From Octopus vulgaris (Eukaryota), in assembly GCA_951406725.2 (NCBI GenBank), contig OX597843.1, positions 5,828,001 to 5,892,000 of the forward strand: DNA of 64,000 nucleotides, read 5' to 3'. Shown here one piece after another: positions 13,593-26,669 of the stretch. The translations under genes and the position numbers were made by a program. The first letter of the stretch is position 1; the number at the start of each line of letters is the position of its first letter. The notes below the pieces were generated by a model. That model made no database searches. It was given only the letters and a program-made list of their open reading frames with translations, and was not told where the DNA came from.

Positions 13593-13965
13593 AGGCATGG
13601 TTGTGTGGTAAGTAGCTTGCTTCCCAACCACATGGTACCGGGTTCAGTCCCACTGCATGACACCTTGGGCAAATGTCTTCTACTATAGCCTCGGGCCGAC
13701 CAAAGCCTTGTGAGTGGATTTGGTAGACAGAAACTGAAAGAAGCCCATCATATGTGTGTGTGTCTGTCCCTCACCACTGCTTGACAACCAGTGTTGGTGT
13801 GTTTATGTTCCTGTAACTTAGCAGTACAGCAAAAGAAACCAATAGAATATGCGCCAGACTTAAAAAGAAAAATAAGTCCCAGGGTTAAGTTGTTTGACTA
13901 AAAACCCGTCAAGGCGATGCCCCAGCATGGTCGCAGTCAAATGACTGAAACAAGTAAAAGATAAG
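13593..13965 (+). mobile_element. SINE family A copy
   Basis: Colinear with 480-852. Confidence 0.8.
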
Positions 13966-14169
13966 GTATGTGTGTGTGAATCACGTGAGATGTCTGAAGT
14001 CCCATGAAGGATTAACTGTACACAATGTCCTACCTGCAAGACCAGGTGATTTGATGTGTGTAGTTATGTGAAAGGGGTTACAAGTTGATCGGGGCTCTGA
14101 AGAGATAAATGGCAATTCGGAGGGATCATACCGCATGAAAGTGATCCTATCAATCCAGTTGTGTGTGTT

Positions 14170-14953
14170 GTTTGTCCCTTCTCGAGCCATGCCTGGCTCA
14201 TAAGGGCCGGTTTCCTTGGCGTATAAGGTTCCCCACCTGCACAAGACACCGGTCCTTCGCAGGAGGAAAGTTGTGGCGAAAGAGTTAGCAGAAGTTTCAC
14301 CATTACCTTCTGCGGGAGCCGCGTGGAGCTTAGGTGTTTCGCTCATAAACACACACATCGTCCGGTCTGAGATTCGAACCCGCGATCTCCCAACCATGAG
14401 TCCACTGCTCTAACCACTAGGCCATGTGCCTCCACAAATATTCCTTCTCGAGCTATACCTGGCTCATAATGGCCGGTTTCTTGACGTATAGGTTCCCCAC
14501 CTGGACAAGACACCGGTCCATCGCAGGTGAGCTGCAAGATGCAGGAGAAAAAGTTGTGGCGAAAGAGTCAGCAAAAGTCGCCATTACCTTCTGTCGGAGT
14601 CGCATGGAGCTGAGGTGTTTCGCTCATAAACACACACATCGCCCGGTCCGAGATTCGAACCCATGACCGCTGCTCTAACCACTAGGCCATGTGCTTCCAC
14701 AAATATTCCTTCTCGAGCTATACCTGGCTCATAATGGCCAGTTTCTTGGCATATAGGTTCCCCACCTGGACGGGACACTGCTCCGTCACAAGATGCAGGA
14801 GGAAAGAGTGAGAGAAAGAGTCAGCAGAAGTTCGCCATTACCTTCTGCCGGATCCACATGGAGCTTAGGTGTTTCGCTCATAAACACACACATCGCCCAG
14901 TCTGAGATTCGAACCCATGACCGCTGCTCTAACCCCCAGGCTATGTGCCTCCA
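14170..14953 (-). mobile_element. Three tandem copies of SINE family B (tRNA head plus V-domain-like body). Others at 5296-5501, 29330-29533, 30420-30770, 49140-49635
   Basis: Head 'gaggcacatggcctagtggttagagcagcgg..ggttcgaatc' carries A/B boxes. Body 'cctgcgatggaccggtgtc..tccagg' resembles the V-SINE domain (recalled, not searched). Confidence 0.75.
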
Positions 14954-15492
14954 CTGTGTGTCTGTGTCTTGTTGATCCATTTGTACCTAAATTAAAGTCA
15001 TCGTGAATTATTTACTTAGAAACACCCACCCACACACAAACGTCTGAATAGCAGATGGGATGGTCACAGCTGTAATACTTCTGATCATTGATCTGCTGGA
15101 CATCGGGTTTAAGCAACAACCACAAGGATTGACACGTCAGATAGTGTAATCCTAGATACACTATGCCTGAATGAAAGATGGGATGGTCACAGATGGATCA
15201 GCTTTCATATCCAGCCCAAATAGTCTTCCTGTTTTATGTTCAGACTGACCACATCCAGCCTCTCACACCTACCCTACAATGTCATTCTAAAAGCAAACAA
15301 TCACAACAAAATCTCAAAGCTATGAGATAATGCATGACTAATTAAACAAGAATTACATTTGACGAAGTTATCTGAAATCTAAAGTATTAAAGGGCAGAAG
15401 TCTCCAAAATATAACATCTGACGTGATATGTGGAGTCTATTACCTACTACACATGCACCTGTGTGTGTATCTATACACACACATATATATAT

Positions 15493-15857
15493 ATCTCTAT
15501 ATATAAACGGCAGTTTGTCTGTCTGTGTGTCTGTTTGGTTGTACCCTCACCCTGACCACGGCTTTCAACCGATTCTGATGAAACTTGACACACACATAGC
15601 CCAATGTCATAATTCAAAACTAACGCAGCGAAAATTTTGAAAAGTTCCCCCAGTTCTGAAAAAAATCGATAAATTCGACATGGGGTCGAGAATCAGAAAC
15701 ACAAACCGCAAACTGTCTAGGGGACGCAACTCCACCTTTTTTTACTCTCAAAAAAAATTTACCATCATTTTTTTCCATTTTTTGGCTATAACTCTCTAAA
15801 AATGCTTTATAGTTATTTCCCTTACAAACCTGAGCAACGCCGGGCGATACTGCTAGT
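15493..15857 (+). mobile_element. Non-autonomous Helitron, tail-to-tail with 15877-16249
   Basis: TCTCTATATATAAAC start and GCTAGT end. Confidence 0.75.
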
Positions 15858-17337
15858 ATATATATATATATATATACTAGCAGTATCGCCCGGATTTGTT
15901 TCGACCCTTTAGAATTGGAATTTTTGAAAAGTAAATATTTTGCATTCTGTAGCTTGTTATTCTCTTTAAGTGAACATTTTTCTGGTTGAAATACACCGAA
16001 AAATGGCGACACAGCAGTCAAAAAAATCGTAAAAAATAGGGATTTTCATAGAAAAAAAAGCACCTTTTTGATGTAAATAATTTTTGGGGTTAACATGGTC
16101 CGATTAGAATTTTTTAGAAGAGCAAGCCTTCTTCTATCATACTCTCAATTTTGGTCAACTTGCGCCACAGGGTATCAGAAGAGATAGTGTTAGTTGAAGG
16201 CTACCAAACCTGCCATACACAGACAACTGCAGCTTTATATATAGAGAGATGTAAAAGTAAGATCCAAAGATCAAGATGTAGGAAGCAAGTGAGCATCAAT
16301 CAGCCCATTGTTGGTATAAAAAACAACTTTCAGGAACAATGGCAGAAGGTTGTAAATTTTTTGCAATATCAAAGTTTGGTAAGCTGAAAGAAGTTATTTT
16401 ATAGTTCATGGTTAGCAGCTGGAATGGTTGTGTATGTGAATAGAAATCCAAAATTAGGGGACAGTGTAGATAAAATCCAGGCTGGATATGTTTCATGCCA
16501 TCAAAGTGACACTGGGGTAAAATATACGAAGCCCAGTATACCCATCTGATAAGGGTACACTAGGCACATGCATCACAACATGGTGATCTCATATCAAGAT
16601 GAACAGCGCATGACCTAGCAGGCGGGACCCAGTTACTTCAGGTCAAGTAGCACACCCCATTCAAAACGTCCCCAAATATGGGTGGTGAATGAAGCACCCA
16701 TGTTTCCTGAGGTGAATTGTTATTATTGAATGAGAGAGCAGCACATGCCATCAACGTGACACTGGATTACAAATATACAAAGCCCAGTATACCCATCTGA
16801 TAAAGGTATGCCAGGCACATGCATCACAACTACATGTGGGCAACATGGTGATCTCATATCAAGATAAACAGTGCATGACCTTGCAGGGGGGGGGGTTATT
16901 CAGCTTGAGTAACCCATCCCACTCAAAAGGTCCCTTAAGAACATAACACCCATATTACCAGAAGTGAATTATCCAAACCCCAAAGAATCCCTCTCAACAC
17001 ATGGCTATGATGCTCCCCCACTACTTCTGCCCATCTTTTTATACCAAGACAAAAGAAGTACATGATAACACTTCCAATCAGAAGCTATGAGAGCCAATGC
17101 TCTTAGTGCTCCACTAGCACGGATGCCAGTCATTGAATTTGATTTCACTTGCCTCCGCAAGCAGAGTTTAGTGTCCAATGAAGGAAAGGCACACATAAGC
17201 GGACTGGTTACACCCCTGGCATAGGCCACAAGGTTATGGTCTCACTTGCGCTTGCCGAGTCTTCTGAAGCGCAGAGGTCCCGGTCACTGCATCGGTGGGG
17301 CCCAAACACCTCGAGGAGGCCCAGTGCAACTGAAACC

Positions 17338-17620
17338 CAAGTGTCTTTTTGGTCAGCTGAAAGCAGTTTTTGCACAAACTTGGCAGACACACATCTCATA
17401 CCCAAATCTTCAATGGTAATGGACTGAACTGTAACTAACAGGTACACCCTTTTAATAAACTCACGGATGATGATTCAACGATTTCCCTGCACAGCTGCGA
17501 TGTTTTTCTCAGTTCTGCGTCTCTCAGGATATTCGTCAATATCGACATTTTTCAGCCACTCGTGTGTGACTCAGACACTCCTCTCTATACAGGCTTTATA
17601 CCTTTCGTAGAAACGATTAT
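17338..17620 (-). pseudogene. mariner transposase N-terminal relic
   Basis: VQSITIEDLGMRCVSAKFVQKLLSADQK resembles the mariner WVP linker region. Confidence 0.7.
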
Positions 17621-18262
17621 TATTACTATAAGTATGGGGGCTCTGAAAGGAGTCTCGGGGAGTGGGGTCCCTGCCTTCCTGAGCTAGTTTACCACTACAT
17701 TTCTTAAAAATCATGGTAGAGTGGTCTCAGGACCACTCATGTCTAGAAACTGAGGTTGGGGGTAAGCAGGGGCAGAAAATCCAGCCCCCAAAAAGCCTCA
17801 TGATAGCAAAGGAGAAAGGGCACCAGTCATCCCAAAGGTTGGGGTGGGCTGCACCTGCCTACCTCGGTTGCTCTGACATTGAGGTAGATCCAGCCACCCC
17901 TGTTAACAGGGACAAAACCTGGATGATGATGATGTCTTTTGAGATGTGACATTGATCATCATTTGTCACTGAAGGAATGCTGGTTCACACAAACACACAC
18001 AGAGCTGAAACGCTGTTTGCTTTTCCTTTTCAGCATCCCACTTCCATTGCACATACACACACACATAGAGGCTTTGTGCCTATAATAGAATGGATTATTA
18101 TTATTGAAGGTGGTGAACTGGCAGACTCATTAGCACACCTGGCAAAATGCTATGTTCTGAGTTCAACTTTGCCAAATTAAGTACCAGTGAAATTCTTGGG
18201 TTGATGTAATTGACTAGTCCTCTCCCCAAAAAACTTCAGGCCTATAATAGAAAGGATTATTA

Positions 18263-18805
18263 TTGAGTGAGAGAGCAGTGCATGCCATCAAAGTGACACT
18301 GGGGTAAAATATATGAAGCCCAGTATACCCATCATGACTACCCGTCTGATAAGGGTACACCAGGCACATGCATCACAACCATATGTGCGTGACATGGTGA
18401 TCCCATATCAAGATAAACAGCACATGACCTTGCAGGTGGGGCCCAGTTAGAATTTTCTTCTGGTCGAGTAACCCATCCTACTCAAAAGGTCCCTGAATAA
18501 GGTTTGTTTATGGATGTTGAACGAAACACCTATGTTTCCATAGGTGAATTATCCAAACCCCAAAGAATTCCTCTCATCACATGGCTATGATTTTCCCCCA
18601 CTACTTCTGCTCGTGATCAGAGATGCACATATCGTCAGCCACTAAGAGACATGTTCAACTGGTTAAGGTCAAACAACAGACAAGCAAATCTGTGGTATTG
18701 AGCAGAATATTTGCTGTAGCCCATCTTTTATACCAAGACAAAACAATGTACATGATAACACTTGCAATCAGAAGCCACTGCCTGGTACCGCATCAGGGCA
18801 TTTAT
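18263..18805. repeat. Unclassified ~550-bp interspersed repeat. Partial copies at 16490-17100, 45480-45660, 46035-46200
   Basis: Shared blocks 'catgccatcaaagtgacactggggtaaaatata' and 'ccaaaccccaaagaat..gtgatcagagatgcacatatcgtcagccactaag'. Confidence 0.7.
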
Positions 18806-19185
18806 TATTATTTATCAAAGTGAGTAGCACTCTGGACAAAATGCTAAGTAGTATTTTAGCCATCTTTACGACCGAAGTTCAAATTCCGCCGAGGTCGAGT
18901 CTGCCTTTCACCCCCACCTCCCGGTGTCGATAAAATATGATACCAGCCAAGTGCTACAGTCGATATAAGGGAGTGAAACCCCTTCCTCCTAAAAAAAAAA
19001 AACTACTGGCCATGTTTGTCGAACAAGATGCTTAAAGGCATTTCTTACGACTTGAGTTCAAAGTCTGCCGAGGTCGACTTAATAAGTACCAGTCGAGTAC
19101 TAGGGACGATGTAATCGATCGAACCCTCTACTCAAAATTTCGGGCTTTGTACCAAAATTAAAAAGGATCATTGTTATTATTTCTT

Positions 19186-19690
19186 TTATTAGCCACAGGG
19201 GCATCGATGACAGTTTTAAAATTCGTAATGTCGATAGAGGGGCGGGGCGGGTCTTCTTCAGAAAGATTAGGGGACAGGATGTATAAATGTGATTACAAAG
19301 TACACGTTTATAATAACCGGAGTTTCTAATATTAATTAATAATTAAAGATCAATTATTATTATTTCCTTTATGAGCCAGAGGGGCATCGATGACACTTTT
19401 AAAATCCGTAATGCCGATAGAGGGGCGGGTTTTCTTCGAAAAGATTAGGGGACAGGATGTATAAACGTGATTACAAAGTACACGATTATAATAACCGGAG
19501 TTTCTAATATTAATTAAAGATCAATTATTATTTTTTCTTTTATTAGCCACAGGGGCATCGATGACAGTTTTAAAGGGGCGGGTTTTCTTCGAAAAGATTA
19601 GGGGACAGGATGTATATACGTGATTACAAAGTACCCGTTTATAATAACCGGAGTTTCTAATTATTAATTAATTAATTAAAGATCAATTAG
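19186..19690. repeat. Triplicated ~170-bp unit containing GGGGCGGG boxes
   Basis: 'ggggcatcgatgaca..gattaggggacaggatgtata..ataataaccggagtttctaat' occurs three times. Confidence 0.9.
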
Positions 19691-20061
19691 TATCGAGCCT
19701 AGATCACTGCCAGGTGCCCTGTCCCCTGTTCGTGTCCCCTATTTCGGTTGACGTATACACCTCAGAGCACAGAAGGACGGAACCGGTAGCTGAAAGTTAG
19801 TCATACACACACATATATACATATCTATATACGCACACACATATATATATATACACGCCTTTCTACACAAGCCGCTGTATATATATATATATTTATATAC
19901 ACGCCTTTCTACACAAGCCGCTGTATATTTATATACACGCACATATATACATACATATCTATATACGCACACACAAATATACACGCCTTTATACACAAGC
20001 CGCTGTATATATATATACATTTATATACACGCATGAATATCTATAGAAAGAAGGACTTTAC

Positions 20062-20176
20062 CATTCTCAGGCTGCGTATATAAGTTGTGGCATTCTTTGA
20101 GGATCTTCTCGTTCACCGTCTGGCTTGTAATATTCGCCACATTGCCAGAATTTCTCGAATTAATTTTGCCCGACAT
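20062..20176 (-). CDS. First coding exon MSGKINSRNSGNVANITSQTVNEKILKECHNLYTQPEN(G) of a probable conserved uncharacterised P-loop GTPase (EHD/dynamin-N-like). Later exons not found in this window
   Basis: ATG in aaATGT context, 38 codons plus 1 nt, G|GTAAAG donor, in non-repetitive CpG-retaining sequence. The motif E(K/R)IL(K/R)ECHxLY...ENG is recalled from the N-terminus of a conserved metazoan uncharacterised GTPase family; this is not database-verified. Confidence 0.6.
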
Positions 20177-20249
20177 TTACAAGATTCTCGCTGCTGCTGC
20201 TGTTAATACGGAATACGACATTACACACCGTCCTTCGCAATTATGTGGC

Positions 20250-22445
20250 GCTCCCCCCTCTCTCATTCGCTATTACTCTTTCAATTTCTCCCCTTCTCTC
20301 ACTTACTTACTCTATCACATGCTCTAACGCTTTCTTTGCCGTCCTCTCTCTTCCACACACTACACCTCTCTCCCTTGCTAATACACTTTCAATTTCTCCT
20401 TCTCTCACTCACATACTTACTCTTTCACCCACTCTATCACATGCTCTTACGCTTTCTTTGCCGTCCTCTCTCTTCCACACACTACACCTCTCTCGCTTGC
20501 TAATACACTTTCAATTTCTCCCCTCTCTCACATACTTACTCTTTCACCCACTTCACTCCCTCTATCACATGCTCTTACGCTTTCTTTGCCGTCCTCTCTC
20601 TTTCACACACTACACCTCTCTCCCTTGCTAATACACTTTCAATTTCTCCCCTCTCTCACATACTTACTCTTTCACCCACTTCACTCCCTCTATCACATGC
20701 TCTTACGCTTTCTTTGCCGTCCTCTCTCCCTTGCTAATACACTTTCAATTTCTCCCTCTATCACATGCTCTTACACTTTCTTTGACATCCTCTCACTCTT
20801 TCACCCACTTCACCTCTCTCCCTTGCTAATACACTTTCAATTTCTCCCCTTCTCTCACTCGCTATTACTCTTTCACCCACTTCACTCCCTCCCTCTATCA
20901 CATGCTCTTACGCTTTCTTTGCCGTCCTCTCTCTTCCTATTACTCTTTCAATTTCTCCCCTTCTCTCACTTACTTACTCTTTCACCCACTTCACTCCCTC
21001 CCTCTATCACATGCTCTTACGCTTTCTTTGCCGTCCTCTCTCTTCCTATTACTCTTTCAATTTCTCCCCTTCTCTCACATACTAACTCTTTCACCCACTT
21101 CACTCCCTCTATCACATGCTCTTACGCTTTATTTGCCGTCCTCTCTCTCTTCCTCCCACTACACCTCTCGTAATCGCTAACCACTTTCCGTTCCTCCCCT
21201 TCTCTATCTCGCAATTACTCTTTCACCTCTCTCACTAGCTACTACCCTTTCAATATCTCCCTTCCCCCCTTCACATATTACTTTCCATTCTCACTCATTC
21301 GCTTTCTCCTACTTCCTTTTACTCTTTCATTCATCTCTGTTACACCCCCCGTCTCCGCCAATACCCTTTCTTAGACTTCCTCTCACTCACACTCCATCCT
21401 TACGGGTATAATTCTTTTTCTTACACCTCTCCTTCTTAGACCCTTCAATCTAAGTGTCTTTCTCTTCCCCCCTTTCATATCTGTCTGCATTTCTTTCTCT
21501 CCGCTCCCCTCTCTAACACTTGTATCTATTTTCTTTCAACTCCCTCTTTTTATCTGCTGTACTAAGGTGTATTTCTCCTCCCCTTCTCTATCCGTTGTAG
21601 TTATTTCTCTCCCCCTCTATTAGTGGTATCTTATTATCTCTCCACTCCCCCTTCCTATCTGCTTCACCTAAGCGGAATTTTCCTCCCTCTACTACTACTC
21701 TCCTCCTCTATCAGCTGTGTCTATATATTCTCTCCTTTTCCTTCTCTCTCTCAGCTGTAGTAAGTCTCCTCACGCCTTCCCTCTCTACTGCAATTAACTA
21801 TTTCTGTCTCTCCTCCCCTTCTCATTCGTAGCTAATTATCTCCCTTACCCTCTCCGTCTCTGTTATGCGTTTATCTGACTCTCACCCTCTCTATTAGATT
21901 TCTAGTTTCTCTCGCCTCCTCCCCCTCTGCATCGTTTGTAGATGTGTGCTTCTCTCCTCTCACTCTGCTAATCATAACACTGTGTCTTCCTCTCCTCCTT
22001 CTCTGTCTCTTTTAGAATCTCTATCTTTCTTTCTCCTCTTCCTCATTCACCCTTTCGTTTTCTAGCCTGTTCTTCCTCCCTCCGTCTTTCTATTTCATCT
22101 CTCTCTCACTTCTGCCTATGTTCCCCACTCTATATCTGTGTCTATCTTATTTCTGTACTCTCCCTCTTCCCCTCTATTTGACATTCTCATTCTTTCTTTC
22201 TCTCTATCTATGTTAGTCTCTACTTTCCCTTTCCTCTCTCTCTCAATCTATTCTCATACTTTCTCTTCCTCTCTCACTCCCGCTCTGCCTTTCTAAGTCT
22301 CTACACACTCACCTCTCTTTCTATTAACATCTCTATCTCTTCCACACTCTTTTCTATGTCTATATATAAATATCTATTTATCTACCTCTTCCACACTCAC
22401 CCTTTCAATGTCTATATGTATCTTTTTATCCACCCGGCTCTCCCT
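20250..22445. repeat. 2.2-kb pyrimidine-rich tract: modular tandem repeat (20250-21200) grading into degenerate CT-rich sequence
   Basis: Recurring 'ctctatcacatgctcttacgctttctttgccgtcctctctc'. Very few G on the plus strand. Confidence 0.85.
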
Positions 22446-23384
22446 CCAGCTAATTTAATAAAGAGAATGGTAAAAGCAGGTTGGGAAGGCTAACAAACAT
22501 TATCCAACGGACGGATTTCCCATTCCAAAACCAATTCCTTCTCACCAAGATCTCCAAGACATATTCTCCATCCGAACCTCTTACTTGCACGTCCGGCTTA
22601 AAGTAAAGGGGAAATATTTTTTTCAACCAGTTCTATATATTTTTATTTCTCATATAAAAGTATAAACTTCATGTATAATTATAGATTATAATCGAGTTTT
22701 CAAAAAAAAAAAATTTCAAATTTCCCAGATTTATTGAAATAATTAAAATTGTGCCGGGTTGCATAATTTTAGCCAATCTTTTCACAAGAAAAAAAACTAG
22801 TTTCGTCTTCGTGGCTGTAGAATTGTTAACGTTTATAATACAATTTAAATTTATTAATTATTACAAAATCCGAATTTTTAGAAACATTTTTTTTCGACAA
22901 AATAACGAAATATATTGAGAAAAATCTTGTACGGGGCAGAATACTTTCAGCCAATGAGATGAGAGGAAAGCAGTTTCCTCTTCATTCAACATGTGTGTGA
23001 AGAGAGAGAAAGGGTGATACGTAGAGAGAGGTAGATAAATAAATAGATAGAGAGAGAGATATATGGATACATAGGTAGAGAGAGAGGTAGATAAATAGAT
23101 AAAGAGAGAGATGAATGGATAGATAGAGAGAGAGAGGGAGATAAATAAATAGATAGAGAGAGAGAGGTAGATAACTAAATAGAGAGAGAGAGATGGATAG
23201 ATAGATAGGTAGAGAGAGAGAGGGAGATAAATAAATAGATAGAGAGAGAGATGGATGGATAGATAGAGAGAGAGAGAGAGATGGATGGATAGATAAGCTT
23301 CTGTTTCTCTGGTTGCTAATTATTAAATGTTTTTAATTAGCGAAATATATGTAAATTTAGACGGAACGAGAAGTAAATAAATGA

Positions 23385-23467
23385 ATATTATCCAATCAGT
23401 TGGGAGGCAGACATTGGTTCCGTCTTCAGTGCGGAACAGCCGGAAGTCGTAATGTTTATAATTCAAC
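23385..23467 (+). promoter_or_regulatory. Proximal promoter of the CCCH gene: CCAAT boxes and an ETS site
   Basis: CCAAT at ~23392, ATTGG at 23413-23417 and CCGGAAGT at 23440-23447, just upstream of the ATG, in locally CpG-rich sequence. Confidence 0.55.
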
Positions 23468-26400
23468 ATGGCTTCCCTGGTGGCTGACTACAGCGGAAGC
23501 AGCGATGACGAGTTCGAATCCGACCCACGTAACAGGTAACCCTCAATGTCTCTAGCTTGCCTCTACAACCCGACACCATAAATGCCGCCTCTCGTAATAT
23601 GGGAACCGTTTCGACTGTTAATGTCCGTTAACGAATCCTTTTATGCCTTAAACCCTAAATTTTTATCTGATCCCTTACTTCCTGGACGTCGACCAGTGGC
23701 CCCTGCGTGTTCTTCCGTTCTGAGGTCGAATCCCGCTCAGGTCAGCTTTGCTTTGCATTCGTTCAGGGTCGATAAAACGAAGCACTGGGATCGATTGCCT
23801 CAACCAAATCCCTTCCCCTTAAAAATTACCGATTTTCTGCCTAAATTAAGAATAATAATCTTATATTAATTATTCGTACGGTTTCACGGAAGGGACAGTG
23901 ACCCCCATGGGTTTCTAACCTCGCTCGGTTTCTGCAGGAATTGTGTCTTCAACGTTCGACCTGACCCTGGGTGAAGAAGGGCACGAAAAACCGGGCAATC
24001 TTTCGTCTCTAGTAGACCTTTCCGTAAAAAAATTATTTTTTTTTACATATGGGCTTGCGGGAACTTTTGAAGTAATGAGAGCGAAAGAGACTAAGAGAAA
24101 GCGATTGTATGACGAGGGAAGTTCTTTTGAAGTTACCGTGCATGGCAAGCATTGATGTACATGTGTGTGAGACAGACAGTATGTTGTGTAATCGACGGAA
24201 AGGTCTACTAGAGACGAAAGATCGCCAAAAACCGAATTGAAGATGTCGAGGTAGGCTTTCTTGCCGCCGACTTCTCTCCTCTGAAGCAACGATAGTCGAC
24301 GTGTTGCTTAGTACCACTGCTACTAAAGGTTGCTAGTAACTCCAGCACTACGGACATGTGACTAGAATGGTGCAGGGAAGAATCACGAGACGGATTCTTC
24401 AAAACTGACGCAACCAGCGGGAGACCTTGAGGTAGAGCAAAAACGGGATGGTAGGATAATGTGTATAATCCCTGGTGATCGTGCTTTAGGATTCAAACGG
24501 GAAAAAGTATAGTGACAATTGATTCTGATAAGACCCTAAGGAAGAAGTGCCTGGTGACTCTGTCCCCATGGCTCCGGTTCTGTGGGCATGGGATTAGAAT
24601 ATAATAATAATAAACATTGTGTACAGTGCTCAGGTGCACTACAACTCATCAAAAGGAAAGAATCGCAAGACAGATTGTTCAAGCGCGACTAACCAGAAGG
24701 TCTAACGACGGCTACTTGTGATACGACCCCTATAGGGGTGGGTATATGTGGACTCTATCCCTATGACTAGCAGGAGACCTGACAGTAAGTAGACTAGTAA
24801 CGAAATGGTTGGGTAATATCCATTGTCCCAGTCGGTCATTCTTGGGAATTCAGCAGGGAAGAGTAATGATGGGACCCTGTGGAGGAGGTGCCTGAAGACT
24901 CTGTCCCATGACTGGCAGGCGACCTGAGGGTAGACTAATGACCAGGTCTCGGAAATCCAATCGGGAACTGTGATGACAGGACCCAGTAAAGGAGATGCCT
25001 GAAGATTTTACCCCCACGGTCTTTCCAAGAATGGTGGGGGAGTAAAAATTTATGGATAGAAGGAACGTATCACCTTAACTTTTTGGTCGCGAGTCGACGA
25101 TTGCTTGAAAATCATGTCCAGAGAGGGATTTACAAAGTGCTGACATTAAGGGGAAGAGTGGGTTCTGTCTAGGGATTAGTACAGGTCGAGAGGGGTTGGA
25201 CACGAGACCGGCCAGCATTGAGAAACGAAAACCACTGGGCACAATTACAGTTTAGTACCCCACCCAATTGAGTTCCTTTTTATAATTAGCTTTCTATGGT
25301 CTTCTGTTATTTGTTTCGGTCATTGGACTGTGGCCGTGTTGGGGGATCGCTTTGAAGGGTTTTCATCATCATTTAATGTCCGTTTTCCATGCTGGCATGG
25401 GTCGGACAGGCTTCAATGTCTGTTTTGGCAGAGTTTTTATGGCTGGATCCTCTTCCGTCCTATGCACCACACGATCAAACCAATACAGGCTTCTTTCCTG
25501 CCCACCACATCTGATGCCTCATGCTCAATTTTTCTCTCTGAGTTTTGGCTGCCGAGGTGGAGATCCACGACGCCATCGGAAAAATGACCGTTATACAAAG
25601 GAAAATTACTGTGTGATTGACCGTTATCAAGACAAAAGAGATATTTGAATGACCGCTAAGTGAGGGGAGGGAGTAAAAATGTTCATAGTATACATAAATA
25701 TATAGGCAGGCAGATAGACAGAAAATGGGCTTCCTTCAGTTTCCATCTACCAAATCCACTCACAAGGCTTTGGTCAGTCTAAGGCTATAGTAGAAGACAC
25801 TTGCTCAAGGTGCCACGCAGTGGGACTGAACCCAGACCCTGGGTAGCAAACATGTTTTAACTTAACTTTTTGAAATTATCTCTCTTGTTTTTACTCCTTT
25901 TTGTATTTTTTCTTATTGTTTTATATGGATTTTTTTTAGTGATGAAAATCATGGGAAGAATTTGCTGGTTATAAACGAAGAAGAATCCAGTTCAGAAGAA
26001 AACGAAACCCTGGAGTCAAACCAGAACCGGGCACAGATTCGGAGTTCAGAGAATTCCCAAGACGAACAACTGCCAAACCCTTTCAGCTCAAGTTCAAACC
26101 TTCCGACTCCAAACCTGGAATCCAAACCAGGCACCGGTTCCCACTTGGTCTTCTCAAATCCATTCAAAGAGGAACAGACTCGGAAAGACTTCATTCTGGA
26201 GCAACATGTGAAGATGACGGAAAAACCCAAGAGTTCCACGTCCAAAAAACAGATTTGCTGGAAGTTCCGGCAAGGGAAATGTAGGTTCAGCAAAAACTGC
26301 AAGTTCTCACACGACATCGACAACCATATAGAAAGCCCGCTGGTGAAGGGCAACCAGAACCCTGAAGTCCCTGCGCCGAAACAATATTCAGGTGATGTAC

Positions 26401-26585
26401 TGCTTAAGGGTCAGGGGTCGCAGGTTTTGAATCCAAATGTCCCTGATGAGGATGATTATATGAATATGAACAACAGGCGAAAGAAGAGATCTGGGGTCTC
26501 GGAGGGTCTAGTTCCTCCAAAAAAGGCTATGGTTATGCTTAATAAAATACAGGCCCAAGAACGGCCGTGGACTGTGAAAAGGTAG
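23468..26585 (+). CDS. CCCH zinc-finger protein, 237 aa, join(23468..23535,25940..26585)
   Basis: Exon 1 encodes MASLVADYSGSSDDEFESDPRN with ATG in caacATGG context and an AG|GTAACC donor (phase 2). The acceptor tttttttAG at 25938-25939 puts exon 2 in frame with ORF 25962..26585. The product has CWKFRQGKCRFSKNCKFSH (C-x7-C-x5-C-x3-H), VFSNPFK..ILEQHV and RRKKRSGVSEGLVPPKKAM. Confidence 0.9.
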
Positions 26586-26669
26586 AAACATACCAAACCC
26601 CCTAGCAGCCCCCTGTTTTTGTTCTCTGCACCCTTCTTTCTTTTTTTTGTCCCTTCCTTCTTTACCCCG

